A stretch of 64,000 bases of DNA from Escherichia phage EP01. A program made the position numbers and the translations under genes. The notes under the pieces were generated by a model. The model saw nothing but the letters and a program-made list of their open reading frames with translations. It had not been told where the DNA came from and searched no databases. The stretch is from the sequence record OM135583.1, one strand, 5' to 3'. Position 1 is the first letter of the stretch. Each line of letters begins with the position of its first letter. Below, one piece after another: positions 41,088-51,108 of the stretch.

Positions 41088-42901
41088 TGGTGTTTAATCC
41101 TATGCATGATTTCTTTATTTTTGCCAAGATTAAATCCGCGCTCGTTCGGATTTCCCAAATAGCCACATGTTCTTCTTATTGTGTTCATCTTTTTAGGATC
41201 AGTTTCTCCACAAATAGAACAAACAAATCCGTTTTCAGTAGGAGTCATTTCATGGGTACTTCCACATGTAAAACATTTATCTACTGGCATATTAACACCA
41301 AAATAATCTAAATGTTGTGCAGCATAATCCCATACAGCCTCAAGACCTTTTAGGTTATTTTTCATATCAGGAAGTTCAACATAAGAAATGTGACCACCTG
41401 TCGCAATGAAATGATATGGTGCTTCACGAGAAATCTTTTCAAATGGAGTAATATTTTCTTCTACCGAAACGTGGAAACTGTTAGTGTACCAGCCTTTATC
41501 GGTAACATCTTTTACACTTCCATATTTTTCGGTATCAAGTTTACAGAAGCGGTAGCACAGGTTTTCAGCAGGTGTAGAATACAAACTAAAAGCAAAACCG
41601 GTTCTTTCGGTCCACTGCTTAAGACGAGCATTCATTTTAGTTAAAATTTCTTGTCCAATATCACGACCGACAAGAATATTCAATTCGTGAATACCAATGT
41701 ATCCTAGGGACACTGAACTTCTACCGTTTTTAAATAACTCAATTATGTCATCGTCAGGTTTAAGACGAACCCCGAATGCACCTTCTTGATAAAGAATAGG
41801 AGCAACAGTCGCTTTAACTCCTTTTAAGGAACTGATTCTACACATCAAAGCTTCAAAACATAAATCCATTCGTTCATTGAACAATTCGGCAAATTTCTGT
41901 TCATTGAACTGTGTTCCAATATAAGAATCTAACGCAATTCGAGGAAGATTCAGTGTTACAACACCAAGATTATTACGTCCATCAAGAATTTCATTACCAG
42001 TCGAATCTTTCCATACGCCCAAGAAACTACGGCAACCCATTGGAGAAACAGGAATAGATGAACCAGTGATAGCTTTATTGTTCTTAGCCGAAATGATGTC
42101 AGGATACATTCTTTTGCTTGCACACTCTAGAGCAAGCTGCTTAATATCATAGTTCGGATCGTCTTTATAAAGATTAACACCTTCTTCAACGAACATAACA
42201 AGTTTAGGGAAAATAGGAGTTATCCCGTCACGACCAAGACCTTTAATACGATTTTTCAGAATTGCTTTCTGAATCATTCGTTCAGTCCAGTCAGTTCCCG
42301 TACCAAATGTAATTGTTACAAAAGGCGTTTGTCCGTTTGAGCTAAAGAGAGTATTTACTTCGTATTCATAAGCTTGGAATGCATCGTATACGTCTTTTTC
42401 TGTTTTAGATTGGGCATAATTCAATGCATCAGCGATTTGCCATTTTTCTGCGTCCTCAATATGTTTTGCGTAGGTGCGTTTAACATAAGGAGAAAGGACT
42501 TTATCTACATTCGCAAAAGTCGTTCCGCCATATTGATGGGAAGCAACCTGCGCAGTAATTTGTGCCATAATTGCAGTAGCAACGCCGATTGATTTAGGAG
42601 TTTCAATCTGCGCATTACCGAGCTTAAATCCGTTCTCAAGCATTCCTTTTAAATCTACTAAACAGCAATTAGTAAATGGAAGAGCGGGGGAATAATCAAT
42701 ATCATGGAAATGGATAATTCCGCTTTCATGCGCTTTCATAATAAAAGACGGGACCATATTTTTGGCAATGTGTTTAGACACAATACCAGCCATAAGGTCC
42801 CGTTGAGTTGGAAAAACACGAGAATCTTTATTAGCATTCTCGTTTAAAAGGTCTTTATTAGTTTTATGAATTAATCCTTCAATTTCTTTTTCAATTGTCA
42901 T
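41084..42901 (-). CDS. nrdD: anaerobic ribonucleoside-triphosphate reductase, 605 aa, intronless
   Basis: C-terminal glycyl-radical region and CxxC zinc site; single continuous ORF. Confidence 0.95.
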   Translation of the reverse strand: MTIEKEIEGLIHKTNKDLLNENANKDSRVFPTQRDLMAGIVSKHIAKNMVPSFIMKAHESGIIHFHDIDYSPALPFTNCCLVDLKGMLENGFKLGNAQIETPKSIGVATAIMAQITAQVASHQYGGTTFANVDKVLSPYVKRTYAKHIEDAEKWQIADALNYAQSKTEKDVYDAFQAYEYEVNTLFSSNGQTPFVTITFGTGTDWTERMIQKAILKNRIKGLGRDGITPIFPKLVMFVEEGVNLYKDDPNYDIKQLALECASKRMYPDIISAKNNKAITGSSIPVSPMGCRSFLGVWKDSTGNEILDGRNNLGVVTLNLPRIALDSYIGTQFNEQKFAELFNERMDLCFEALMCRISSLKGVKATVAPILYQEGAFGVRLKPDDDIIELFKNGRSSVSLGYIGIHELNILVGRDIGQEILTKMNARLKQWTERTGFAFSLYSTPAENLCYRFCKLDTEKYGSVKDVTDKGWYTNSFHVSVEENITPFEKISREAPYHFIATGGHISYVELPDMKNNLKGLEAVWDYAAQHLDYFGVNMPVDKCFTCGSTHEMTPTENGFVCSICGETDPKKMNTIRRTCGYLGNPNERGFNLGKNKEIMHRIKHQ

Positions 42902-43371
42902 TTTAAACTCTTTCTAAGCTGCTTCTTAAATGAAGCTATTAATTGTGTTTTAGTGTCAGATTCATTATATTCAAATCCTCTTTGAAGCATCTCAGCCATC
43001 ATTTCCTCTTTTCCTAAACGAGAAAATTCCTTTGATTTATCTCCAACAAAGTTAGGGTGAATATTGTTTTGGGTGTAATCGGATTTTAAATAAGTAAGTA
43101 AATTTTCTAACCATTCAAGATAATCAACACCTTGTCCCTTTAAGCCAGAACGATTAAATTTATGCTTCATTTGACCTTCTGCAGCATTACAGAGATTACA
43201 CAGCAACCCACGTACCTTTCCTGCTTTTGGTCCATTTAATTCATGGTCATGGTCAAGGTGATTAGCTTGAACATCAGGATTTAGTTCTCGTTGGCAAATT
43301 AAGCATTTACCGTTTTGTGCATTATAAAATTTTTGTTTTTCTTCTTTGTACAATTTGCCAGTCAATAACAT
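42898..43371 (-). CDS. 49: endonuclease VII (Holliday junction resolvase), 157 aa
   Basis: CLICQ...HLDHDH...C..C motifs; 157 aa. Confidence 0.93.
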   Translation of the reverse strand: MLLTGKLYKEEKQKFYNAQNGKCLICQRELNPDVQANHLDHDHELNGPKAGKVRGLLCNLCNAAEGQMKHKFNRSGLKGQGVDYLEWLENLLTYLKSDYTQNNIHPNFVGDKSKEFSRLGKEEMMAEMLQRGFEYNESDTKTQLIASFKKQLRKSLK

Positions 43372-43413
43372 AATAAAACCCTTACCTTGAATAGATAAGG
43401 GTATTTATTATTT

Positions 43414-43590
43414 TCAAGTATTGTAAAACATTCGATGCAATCGCTTATATTGTCGAATCATCTTTTTAGTAGGACGAGAATAAGTTCCTATACAAGTGGT
43501 CATATTAGGGTCAGTAGGACTTCCTTTAATAAAAAGTTTCCAAACCTTACCACCATTTAACTTTTCAGTATAAACCAATTCAGTTTTCAT
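43414..43590 (-). CDS. hypothetical protein, 58 aa (below track cutoff)
   Basis: Hand-translated; ATG overlaps upstream stop (TAATG). Confidence 0.35.
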   Translation of the reverse strand: MKTELVYTEKLNGGKVWKLFIKGSPTDPNMTTCIGTYSRPTKKMIRQYKRLHRMFYNT

Positions 43591-44054
43591 TAAAATGCTC
43601 GGTCAGAAAAAGAAATTTGAGTTTCAAGCCATTCAATATATTCTGCCGCAGCTTGCATCAAATTTCCTTCATAGCCATCGTTGTTTTCTTGCGCAGCTAA
43701 TTTAGCTAATGCATATGAAATGCGTTCACCTTGAAAAGCGGCTTTAGGTTTATGAATAGCTTGATCAACTCGTTCTACAACTTCTTCAATCTCGCCATTT
43801 TCTACTGATTCAGTGTTCCATAGGCACCAATATGTAATTGGCTTATCATAGATGTTAATAACCTTTCCGTCAGAAAGTTCAATTTCAATAATTCCAGTAT
43901 CAGGTTCTATATCATCTTCACATTCTTTTGCAAGTTCACGAACTTTAAAGACAGTACCTGCACTAAGTTCCGGCCAGTAATTACACAGACCTTTATCAGC
44001 ATGATTAATTCTAAACCACTTATCTACTGTAATCATGTCCCATCTCCATATCAA
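43590..44054 (-). CDS. hypothetical protein, 154 aa (pin position)
   Basis: ORF track; synteny only. Confidence 0.5.
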   Translation of the reverse strand: MIWRWDMITVDKWFRINHADKGLCNYWPELSAGTVFKVRELAKECEDDIEPDTGIIEIELSDGKVINIYDKPITYWCLWNTESVENGEIEEVVERVDQAIHKPKAAFQGERISYALAKLAAQENNDGYEGNLMQAAAEYIEWLETQISFSDRAF

Positions 44055-44159
44055 TTAAGTCATTTATCGTAGGTTCATTATATACTGTTTCTTCATCAGT
44101 GTAAACCGGTTCTTCCGGCTCTGGCTCTACAGTTTCCCATCTAGCCGCCCACCAAGGTT

Positions 44160-44480
44160 TTATAGCGTAATCCATTCTCGTATTGTCTGAGTTACTACAC
44201 GTTCACGGGGCTCGACTAGTTCAACAGTCGGAACTGCATAATACCAGTCAGAATAGTAAGAACCTGAGCGAGATTCATTTACAGACACATGAACGTTATG
44301 TTTTGGACTAAAATAAACGCACTGCCGATATTGGCATTTGCCATCTTGTACCCAATCTTCTATTTCGACAGGTTTAAGATAATCCGAAAAATCGAAATCA
44401 TAATTTTCTGAAAATGCATCATGGTCTTCGATGATTTCACTCAGAACTGCATCAACATCTAATTTATTTTCAATAGTCAT
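44160..44480 (-). CDS. hypothetical protein, 106 aa
   Basis: ORF track. Confidence 0.5.
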   Translation of the reverse strand: MTIENKLDVDAVLSEIIEDHDAFSENYDFDFSDYLKPVEIEDWVQDGKCQYRQCVYFSPKHNVHVSVNESRSGSYYSDWYYAVPTVELVEPRERVVTQTIREWITL

Positions 44481-44490
44481 TTGTCACCAA

Positions 44491-44700
44491 TTAATTTCGC
44501 AATTTATTAAGTTCTTCATAATCAATCCAGGATTCTAATCCTGATGGCAAATCAGATTCAATTTCCCAAAGAAGCTCTTCAATTTTCTGAAGACGATCTA
44601 ATTCTTCAGCTGGAATAGTAACCATTGACGGAGTTCTTGATACACTAATATCGTAAATCATATTTACCCCAGTTTGACCATGCAATCGCCATATTTCCAT
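44491..44700 (-). CDS. hypothetical protein, 69 aa
   Basis: ORF track. Confidence 0.4.
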   Translation of the reverse strand: MEIWRLHGQTGVNMIYDISVSRTPSMVTIPAEELDRLQKIEELLWEIESDLPSGLESWIDYEELNKLRN

Positions 44701-44879
44701 TTAGAAATAGACTTTTCACCGTTAGAATAATAAACTTCGAGTTTAGCACGATTATTTTTAATTTGAATAACCTTTGCTGTCATCAAAGTTCCATACCCGT
44801 AATAAACTGCAACCTCATCACCTACATATACCGCGCTTCCGCGGTAGTCATGGATATAATCAGTTCCTTCGAGCATCAT
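44664..44879 (-). CDS. hypothetical protein, 71 aa
   Basis: ORF track. Confidence 0.4.
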   Translation of the reverse strand: MMLEGTDYIHDYRGSAVYVGDEVAVYYGYGTLMTAKVIQIKNNRAKLEVYYSNGEKSISKWKYGDCMVKLG

Positions 44880-45139
44880 TTAAAGTATTCCCGCAATTGG
44901 TCAAATCCACCAATATGACTTCCATCAGGAGCAAATACTTGTGGCATCGTCAGTCCAATTTGAGTATCACGACCCAGTTTAGTTAGAAGCTCAGCGATTT
45001 TCTCATCATCAAAAACACCTTTTTCCGGCATAATGTTGATAAATTCAAACGGCTGTTTCTTCACAGTCAAGAGACGTTTTGCATTATCGCAATACACACA
45101 TTTATGGATGTTGCTATCATAACCATATACTTTAAACAT
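44876..45139 (-). CDS. nrdC: thioredoxin/glutaredoxin, 87 aa
   Basis: MFKVYGYDSNIHKCVYCDNAKRLL with CVYC active site. Confidence 0.9.
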   Translation of the reverse strand: MFKVYGYDSNIHKCVYCDNAKRLLTVKKQPFEFINIMPEKGVFDDEKIAELLTKLGRDTQIGLTMPQVFAPDGSHIGGFDQLREYFK

Positions 45140-45140
45140 A

Positions 45141-45383
45141 TTATTCCTTAATTCCTAGTACTTGTTTAAAAGTCTCGTCGTAATCAAGACTTTGACCTGT
45201 TTGTTCTTTATGTTTGTATATAATATCACTTACTTCTGATAGCATATTTTTATATGAACGAGTTAAAGCAGATTTAAGCACGCTGTATCTATCAGGAAAT
45301 TTACCATGTTCATTATAATAAGCTATTGCTAATTCACGGACTGCTTTTTCAGCAATCTCCATATATTCTTTACGCTTTGTCAT
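45141..45383 (-). CDS. hypothetical protein, 80 aa
   Basis: ORF track. Confidence 0.45.
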   Translation of the reverse strand: MTKRKEYMEIAEKAVRELAIAYYNEHGKFPDRYSVLKSALTRSYKNMLSEVSDIIYKHKEQTGQSLDYDETFKQVLGIKE

Positions 45384-45687
45384 TTTCTTCTCGGTTAAAT
45401 CGGTGTTTGCAATGACGACATTTATAACAAAGATTACTAGTCTGCCAATGAACTAATTGTACCTGTTCGGTACCACATTTTGGGCAGTTCGGAACATTCT
45501 TAGAAGCCCTTTCGCGGCGTTCAACCATAACCATAATGGCATCCCAAGCAGGAGGTTTAAAATCTAAATCGTCACAACCATGAATCTTTCCACGCATTTC
45601 CAGATCGTCTTCTTCACCAGCCATAATAATTTTAATTAGACTGGAATTACTTGAAGCTGCAATATCTTCTAATAAGCGCTTTTTCAT
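45370..45687 (-). CDS. zinc-finger protein, 105 aa
   Basis: CPKCG...CYKCRHC four-Cys motif. Confidence 0.5.
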   Translation of the reverse strand: MKKRLLEDIAASSNSSLIKIIMAGEEDDLEMRGKIHGCDDLDFKPPAWDAIMVMVERRERASKNVPNCPKCGTEQVQLVHWQTSNLCYKCRHCKHRFNREENDKA

Positions 45688-46613
45688 TTCAATACCTCAA
45701 TAGCATTACGTAAACCATTTGCTTTGGCGGTTAAAGCCTTAAAAACTTTAGTATGCTCTTCAATCTGTTTTTCAACTTCAATTAAGCGTGTATTAAGATA
45801 TTCACGTTCTTCACTCAGGTTATCAACCTTTTCTACTTTAGGTTCTTTTACAACTGGCTTATATGTATTAGGGTTCTTCAGTTTAATTAGAATGCGTGAA
45901 CTGTACAGCATTGAACCATTATCTTCGGTTTCGTCATACATTTCCACTACGTCCATCATCTCCACCATCGTGCAGAGTTTATAAGACAACGAACGAATAG
46001 TTTTGTTATGCTTATTAATTTCTCTAGCTGTCATGGTGCCGAGATTACGTGAGTAATAATAAGGAACCTGGATATTAATTAATACTGATGAACCACCTGG
46101 CTTGTGTGTTACTTCATCAGCAATAACCCAGTCCTTAACATGAACTGTATTTGTACGGTCATCGCCCGCGGTAAATAGTTTACGAGCATGCTTAAAAAGC
46201 ATATTCACTTGGTCATTGAATTGACAAGCGAATTTATCAGCAAATTTAGTTTCAGGAATGGTAGATAACCAATCAGCCAAATGGGTCTTTTTAACATCGT
46301 TAACAATGGTAAATTCAACCAAATCGGTTATAGATGTCGCAGATTTAATGAAGCTCGGCTTCATAAAGTTTTTAATGTTATCACTAGCTACAGTAGAAGA
46401 TAACAGACGAGAACGTTTAAACCATTGAAGCAAATTGCCTAACGAATGAGAATAAGCGTTTTGAGTATCTTTACAGATATGATTTTCCTGCCCAACATAT
46501 TGAAGGAAATCACGAAGAATATTATTGATTACTGTTCTGTGTCCGATCTGATAATTACGGTGTTTAGTAATAAGACTGTCAAAATAATCAATATAATGTT
46601 TACGAGTTTTCAT
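45684..46613 (-). CDS. hypothetical protein with C-terminal coiled coil, 309 aa
   Basis: ORF track; heptad-like C-terminus. Confidence 0.55.
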   Translation of the reverse strand: MKTRKHYIDYFDSLITKHRNYQIGHRTVINNILRDFLQYVGQENHICKDTQNAYSHSLGNLLQWFKRSRLLSSTVASDNIKNFMKPSFIKSATSITDLVEFTIVNDVKKTHLADWLSTIPETKFADKFACQFNDQVNMLFKHARKLFTAGDDRTNTVHVKDWVIADEVTHKPGGSSVLINIQVPYYYSRNLGTMTAREINKHNKTIRSLSYKLCTMVEMMDVVEMYDETEDNGSMLYSSRILIKLKNPNTYKPVVKEPKVEKVDNLSEEREYLNTRLIEVEKQIEEHTKVFKALTAKANGLRNAIEVLK

Positions 46614-46665
46614 GTTCTTCTCACTTGGTTAATGATTTATGCTCCGAGCCATCCTTGGCTTTAAA

Positions 46666-47667
46666 TTACTTAATTAGCTGTAAAGCTTGTTCCAAACGAT
46701 CAAGGCGATTAACAGATTCTTCCCAAATCATTTTAGCCTGCTCATATTCTTTCTGCGCTTTATTAGAAATTTCTAGAGCATCTTTATAAGCTTTTTCTAG
46801 TGCAATAACTTCTGGACGAATTTCTATCGGTTCAGGTGAATCATCAAGATTATCCATTAGTTCCTCAAGGGTAGTTTCTTCTTTAGGAGTATTCACAATT
46901 TCATCACATTTTTGTTGGTAAATTTCTTTATCAGTCGGTGAATAAGCGCATTTCACTTCACGAAGGCTAATTATAATTTTATATCCTTCCCAACCACACA
47001 TATTCTTAAAAGGATAAGTATGAATATTTTCTACCGTTTCCATACAAAGTAATGCGGTTTCTAATTGACGAGTTATAGTGCTAGCAATTGAGAAAAATTT
47101 ATTAATATTCTTTTGGTTAGTTTCTGGTGTAAAAAATCCATAATTCACAAAAATAGATACTTTATTTTTATCAAGTTCATATTCTTTTATGATAATCATA
47201 TCAGAAGCCAAAGGATGAATTTGACGATAATCGCCATAACATAATTTAGAAGCTGATTTTAGAATCTGTCCTTTGAAAAGTCTGAAATTACTAATCCAAC
47301 GACGAGTAAAAATATTCTCAGGGTCTTCTTTATTATTAAGATGATAAGAATTAACATCACCGAACCAATTATATCCTACTACATCTTTGGTTCGTTTAAT
47401 TTCTTTCCCAAAATTACCAAGAATATCCCGATTAACCAAATATGAAAGAAGACGAGACTCTTTAAAGGTTTTCTTGATAACATCTTTATCTACACGGCTA
47501 GAAATTTTACGAATTTCATGAATAAATTTAGCAGAAGAAACAATACTCGCGTCAACGCTATTGAGCCATTGATTGATAATAGAAATAACGCTATTTTGAC
47601 CAAACACCGGTATAGCTTTATCATCAATAACACTATTGAATGATTTGATATATTCGTTACGAGTCAT
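46666..47667 (-). CDS. hypothetical protein with C-terminal coiled coil, 333 aa (start trimmed)
   Basis: Track ORF ran into the upstream promoter; ATG at 47667 behind GAGGAG. Confidence 0.55.
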   Translation of the reverse strand: MTRNEYIKSFNSVIDDKAIPVFGQNSVISIINQWLNSVDASIVSSAKFIHEIRKISSRVDKDVIKKTFKESRLLSYLVNRDILGNFGKEIKRTKDVVGYNWFGDVNSYHLNNKEDPENIFTRRWISNFRLFKGQILKSASKLCYGDYRQIHPLASDMIIIKEYELDKNKVSIFVNYGFFTPETNQKNINKFFSIASTITRQLETALLCMETVENIHTYPFKNMCGWEGYKIIISLREVKCAYSPTDKEIYQQKCDEIVNTPKEETTLEELMDNLDDSPEPIEIRPEVIALEKAYKDALEISNKAQKEYEQAKMIWEESVNRLDRLEQALQLIK

Positions 47668-47695
47668 ATTAATCTCCTCAGTAGAAAGTAAGAAC

Positions 47696-47725
47696 ATTAT
47701 ACCACATCCTTGTGGCAAAGTAAAC
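47696..47725 (-). promoter_or_regulatory. early promoter, near-identical to the one at 2418-2447
   Basis: ataccacatccttgtggcaaagtaaac; about 28 of 30 nt shared with the 2421-2450 copy. Confidence 0.7.
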
Positions 47726-48753
47726 TAGTTCAGTGCATTTAGTGCATTGTTCAGTTTAGAACGTTGCTTCGTAAGATTTTTGACTTTTTCTTGAGCTTTT
47801 TCTAGCATCTTTTCAGCTTCTAACACTTCATTAGTTGCTTTAACTAGTTCATCATCTACTGCTTTAAGAGAATTCTCAATCGCATCTGCATGCCATTTTT
47901 CAACAGGTTTAAGACTCGGATTTTCAACAGGAAGAAAACTCACTTTATTAAGTTTACATGCATCTATATTGCTTGAGCTATACATCCAAAATTTAGGATC
48001 GTTTGATGAGTAATTGGATAAATTTAAATTTAAGTTATCTTGCACTTCCTGCTTTTTCTCTTGCGGGACTTCGTCCTTTCTCAAAAAATCGTATTTAAAT
48101 GAAACGATCATATCAAGTTCATATGTTGTTGTGTCTAATTTAAATCGCTCAAAACGAGGTAAAATCTTAGACTGAACATCGGCAACAACATCCATATACT
48201 TAAATGCTTCTGTCAACTGCGATTTAAGGCATTCGCAAATTGAAAGAGAATTTTTTGTATTAGGTTTAAAGCTAATTCGTGCAGTTCTATTATTTTCTTT
48301 TAATGGTCTTACTTCCATCTGAAGAGTATAACCATCAAATTTCAGATTCTTTAAGTTAATATCAGAACCTTTTAATCGACTCGCAGTTGATAAAATTTGC
48401 TTTAATTGTCTACGGAACAGAGCAATAAATCTCCATTCAATACGATAATGATTTGGATTGAAAAATCCAGATGATAAATCGACCTTACTTTGACCAACGC
48501 CTTGAACAAATAGAGGATTTTTATAATCAATAGTTTTACAGAAATCGGTGAGCTGCTCACGAGCAGTCATTTGCGTAATATACCCTGCTTTACTAAAATT
48601 ACGCACCCATTCACTGCTATTCGTATACTTAAAGTGATGAATAACACGATTAACTTTATCAGGGTCTAAATTATTTTCACACAAAAATGTCATAACATCA
48701 CGAGTATAACTGGCATTACGAACCTTATCTTCAATTTGAGAACGAGTTTTCAT
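47725..48753 (-). CDS. hypothetical protein with C-terminal coiled coil, 342 aa
   Basis: ORF track. Confidence 0.55.
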   Translation of the reverse strand: MKTRSQIEDKVRNASYTRDVMTFLCENNLDPDKVNRVIHHFKYTNSSEWVRNFSKAGYITQMTAREQLTDFCKTIDYKNPLFVQGVGQSKVDLSSGFFNPNHYRIEWRFIALFRRQLKQILSTASRLKGSDINLKNLKFDGYTLQMEVRPLKENNRTARISFKPNTKNSLSICECLKSQLTEAFKYMDVVADVQSKILPRFERFKLDTTTYELDMIVSFKYDFLRKDEVPQEKKQEVQDNLNLNLSNYSSNDPKFWMYSSSNIDACKLNKVSFLPVENPSLKPVEKWHADAIENSLKAVDDELVKATNEVLEAEKMLEKAQEKVKNLTKQRSKLNNALNALN

Positions 48754-48761
48754 AGTGTTCC

Positions 48762-49667
48762 TTAAGATTTAAGTAAATCAACAATTTTAATTAATTTTTC
48801 ACGCTCAGATTTAGCTTTATTACTCAATCCAGATAGTCTGAAAATTTCATCGTCATACTGTTGAATAGAAATATTCAGCTCTTCAATTTGCTTATTAAAA
48901 TAATCAATTTGTTCAGAATGTTTTTCATTACTACGAACTGGTACAGGTTTCGTAAGCAATTTAGTTGAACTGGATTCATCCGGGCGATAAATCAAAATAC
49001 AATTTGAACCAATCGGGCATTTTGTACCAGATGAATATTCTAATGTTCCAGCTTCTTTTAAAACTTCAAAAGCTAAACAGAGATGATGCCCCATATTAAC
49101 ATAATCTGTAGAGTGAGCTCTGATGTAATAATCATCTCCACGAATACTAAATTTAAAGCATTTAAGGTCTTCTGTATTATTGGTCTTAAAAATCATTTGT
49201 TTATCTAGACCTTTAGCTAATCGAGCGCCCAATGCTAATAATCGTCGTTGATTTTCCCACAAATCCGCAATCATTTGATCGAATGATAATTTCGGCATTA
49301 GTCGACCATAAAGGTCATATCCTTTATTATAATTACGAAGGATTTCACTCGCATTAATACGAGACAATGCTCCAATTTTATTAAGGGCTTTCATAATGCG
49401 ATTAGATAAACTCATTCCAGATCCGCTTGTTCGCTGTAAATGTTTTTCTAATCCAAAGCCAATATCAACTTTAAACTTATCTAAAATTTCGGCATGAACA
49501 TCTCTGTCAATAACATTCAAATCCAAAGTTGGGTTAAATCTATGAAAAAATTTATCTGGCTCTCCACGACGAAATACAGTCCATTCATTCATCATTTTTT
49601 TATTAACTAAAGATTTAATTACTGCATTGACATTATTAATTACTACTGACATATTTTCCTCACTCAA
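48762..49667 (-). CDS. hypothetical protein with C-terminal coiled coil, 301 aa
   Basis: ORF track. Confidence 0.55.
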   Translation of the reverse strand: MSEENMSVVINNVNAVIKSLVNKKMMNEWTVFRRGEPDKFFHRFNPTLDLNVIDRDVHAEILDKFKVDIGFGLEKHLQRTSGSGMSLSNRIMKALNKIGALSRINASEILRNYNKGYDLYGRLMPKLSFDQMIADLWENQRRLLALGARLAKGLDKQMIFKTNNTEDLKCFKFSIRGDDYYIRAHSTDYVNMGHHLCLAFEVLKEAGTLEYSSGTKCPIGSNCILIYRPDESSSTKLLTKPVPVRSNEKHSEQIDYFNKQIEELNISIQQYDDEIFRLSGLSNKAKSEREKLIKIVDLLKS

Positions 49668-50061
49668 TTTTACTAATTACGTGGAATAAGATTGAACAGA
49701 CTATATAAGTACCACATATAGATTGAACTAATGCCATTCCAAAGAACCAAACAATATTATCAAACAGTGTCTGTTTTACGTCGAAAGGACGTAAACTTAC
49801 AGTAATATTATCACCTTTTTCTATTGAAGAATACATCTCTGGGGAAATATATTCACTAAATCTATAACCGTCTTTAAGTTCATATACAGCAATAAACGAT
49901 AAACTAGACCCCTTTCCTTGTGTTCCTGTAATGGTATTAACTACAGTAACATCATAATCTTTATAGTGCATATAATCATTAATTGCGTAATAACCATATG
50001 CAACTACTACACATAAACAACATATCAATAAATTCAATCTTTTAATTATCAACTGTTTCAT
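49660..50061 (-). CDS. membrane protein (N- and C-terminal TM), 133 aa
   Basis: Hydrophobic segments at both ends. Confidence 0.5.
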   Translation of the reverse strand: MKQLIIKRLNLLICCLCVVVAYGYYAINDYMHYKDYDVTVVNTITGTQGKGSSLSFIAVYELKDGYRFSEYISPEMYSSIEKGDNITVSLRPFDVKQTLFDNIVWFFGMALVQSICGTYIVCSILFHVISKIE

Positions 50062-50116
50062 AATAATCTCAATTAAAAGTGCTTAGAACCATTATACCAT
50101 CCTTGGTATAAAGCGG

Positions 50117-50644
50117 TTATGCGAGTACCGTCTTTAACCGTTCTTCAAACTTCCGAAGAGTATTTTGGCGTTCAGCTCTTTGCTTTTTGTAAGTTTCAAT
50201 ACGCTCTGAAATGAGAGAGTATCGTTCATTTACTGATTCTTTCATAAAATCAGGAATTTTACGAGAAGCTTTAATCTCATCAAATTTATCAATAACAGCT
50301 TGCTCTTCAGCAATTAAGTTATCATACATTAAAATATCTTTCTTGATGAACTCAATATCTTCTTGAGTTACACGAGATAATTTAGATGCTTTATCCTTTT
50401 TGTACTGTTCGTTAGTATCACGAGACCAGTGTAATGTACGATTTTTATTCGTATTTTTGTAAATTTCGACAATACCAATCTCATCAATAATAACGATCCA
50501 ATTCCAACGGGATTTGTAAATTTGTCCTCCATCAACAGTGATTTCACCTCCGATTGAGATGTCGTTAAAGAACTTGCTTTGTGCTTCAGATTTAAATTTA
50601 CCATCATTGTAATTTACCAAGTTGAAAATATCTTTAGCGTTCAT
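50117..50644 (-). CDS. hypothetical protein, 175 aa
   Basis: ORF track; early promoter upstream. Confidence 0.5.
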   Translation of the reverse strand: MNAKDIFNLVNYNDGKFKSEAQSKFFNDISIGGEITVDGGQIYKSRWNWIVIIDEIGIVEIYKNTNKNRTLHWSRDTNEQYKKDKASKLSRVTQEDIEFIKKDILMYDNLIAEEQAVIDKFDEIKASRKIPDFMKESVNERYSLISERIETYKKQRAERQNTLRKFEERLKTVLA

Positions 50645-50670
50645 TTTCTGTTCCTCCGTAGTTGATAGTT

Positions 50671-50701
50671 GTATAGTACCACAGAGGAACAGTCTTGTAA
50701 A
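50671..50701 (-). promoter_or_regulatory. early promoter
   Basis: Plus strand tatagtacca...gtaaac. Confidence 0.55.
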
Positions 50702-50704
50702 CCA

Positions 50705-51019
50705 CTAAAAGAAACTTCTTTCACAATTTTTTCCACTGAACCATGCGCTCACTGCTTTCTTAGTCTCAGGAGCAGTGTTATCCATAAACCATTCAAAGGC
50801 AGCCTTTTTATGATTCTGGAGGGCTTCTCGGGCTTTAATCTGCTCACGGTCTATTAACACTAACATATGAGCCTTTCTTGTCACCATGGGCTTCTTATGA
50901 TTTTTTGAATACTCCCAGTCATTTGTCCATCGCATTGTCGTTGCGAATTGAAATACAGCTTCTTTAATCTTAGTTTCGTAAATTTCACGAGCCTTTGAGT
51001 ATAACATCACTACCTCCAT
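50705..51019 (-). CDS. hypothetical protein, 104 aa
   Basis: ORF track. Confidence 0.45.
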   Translation of the reverse strand: MEVVMLYSKAREIYETKIKEAVFQFATTMRWTNDWEYSKNHKKPMVTRKAHMLVLIDREQIKAREALQNHKKAAFEWFMDNTAPETKKAVSAWFSGKNCERSFF

Positions 51020-51108
51020 TCACCTGTTTAATTCTAGTCATCTTTTTAATGGCAGTCCATATAATCTATTTCTGAACTGCCTTTTTGTCATAGAAGTCCT
51101 CTTATGAA

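Noticed and set aside
41084-42901. Group I intron and intron-encoded endonuclease in nrdD
   Set aside because: nrdD is one uninterrupted 605-aa reading frame.
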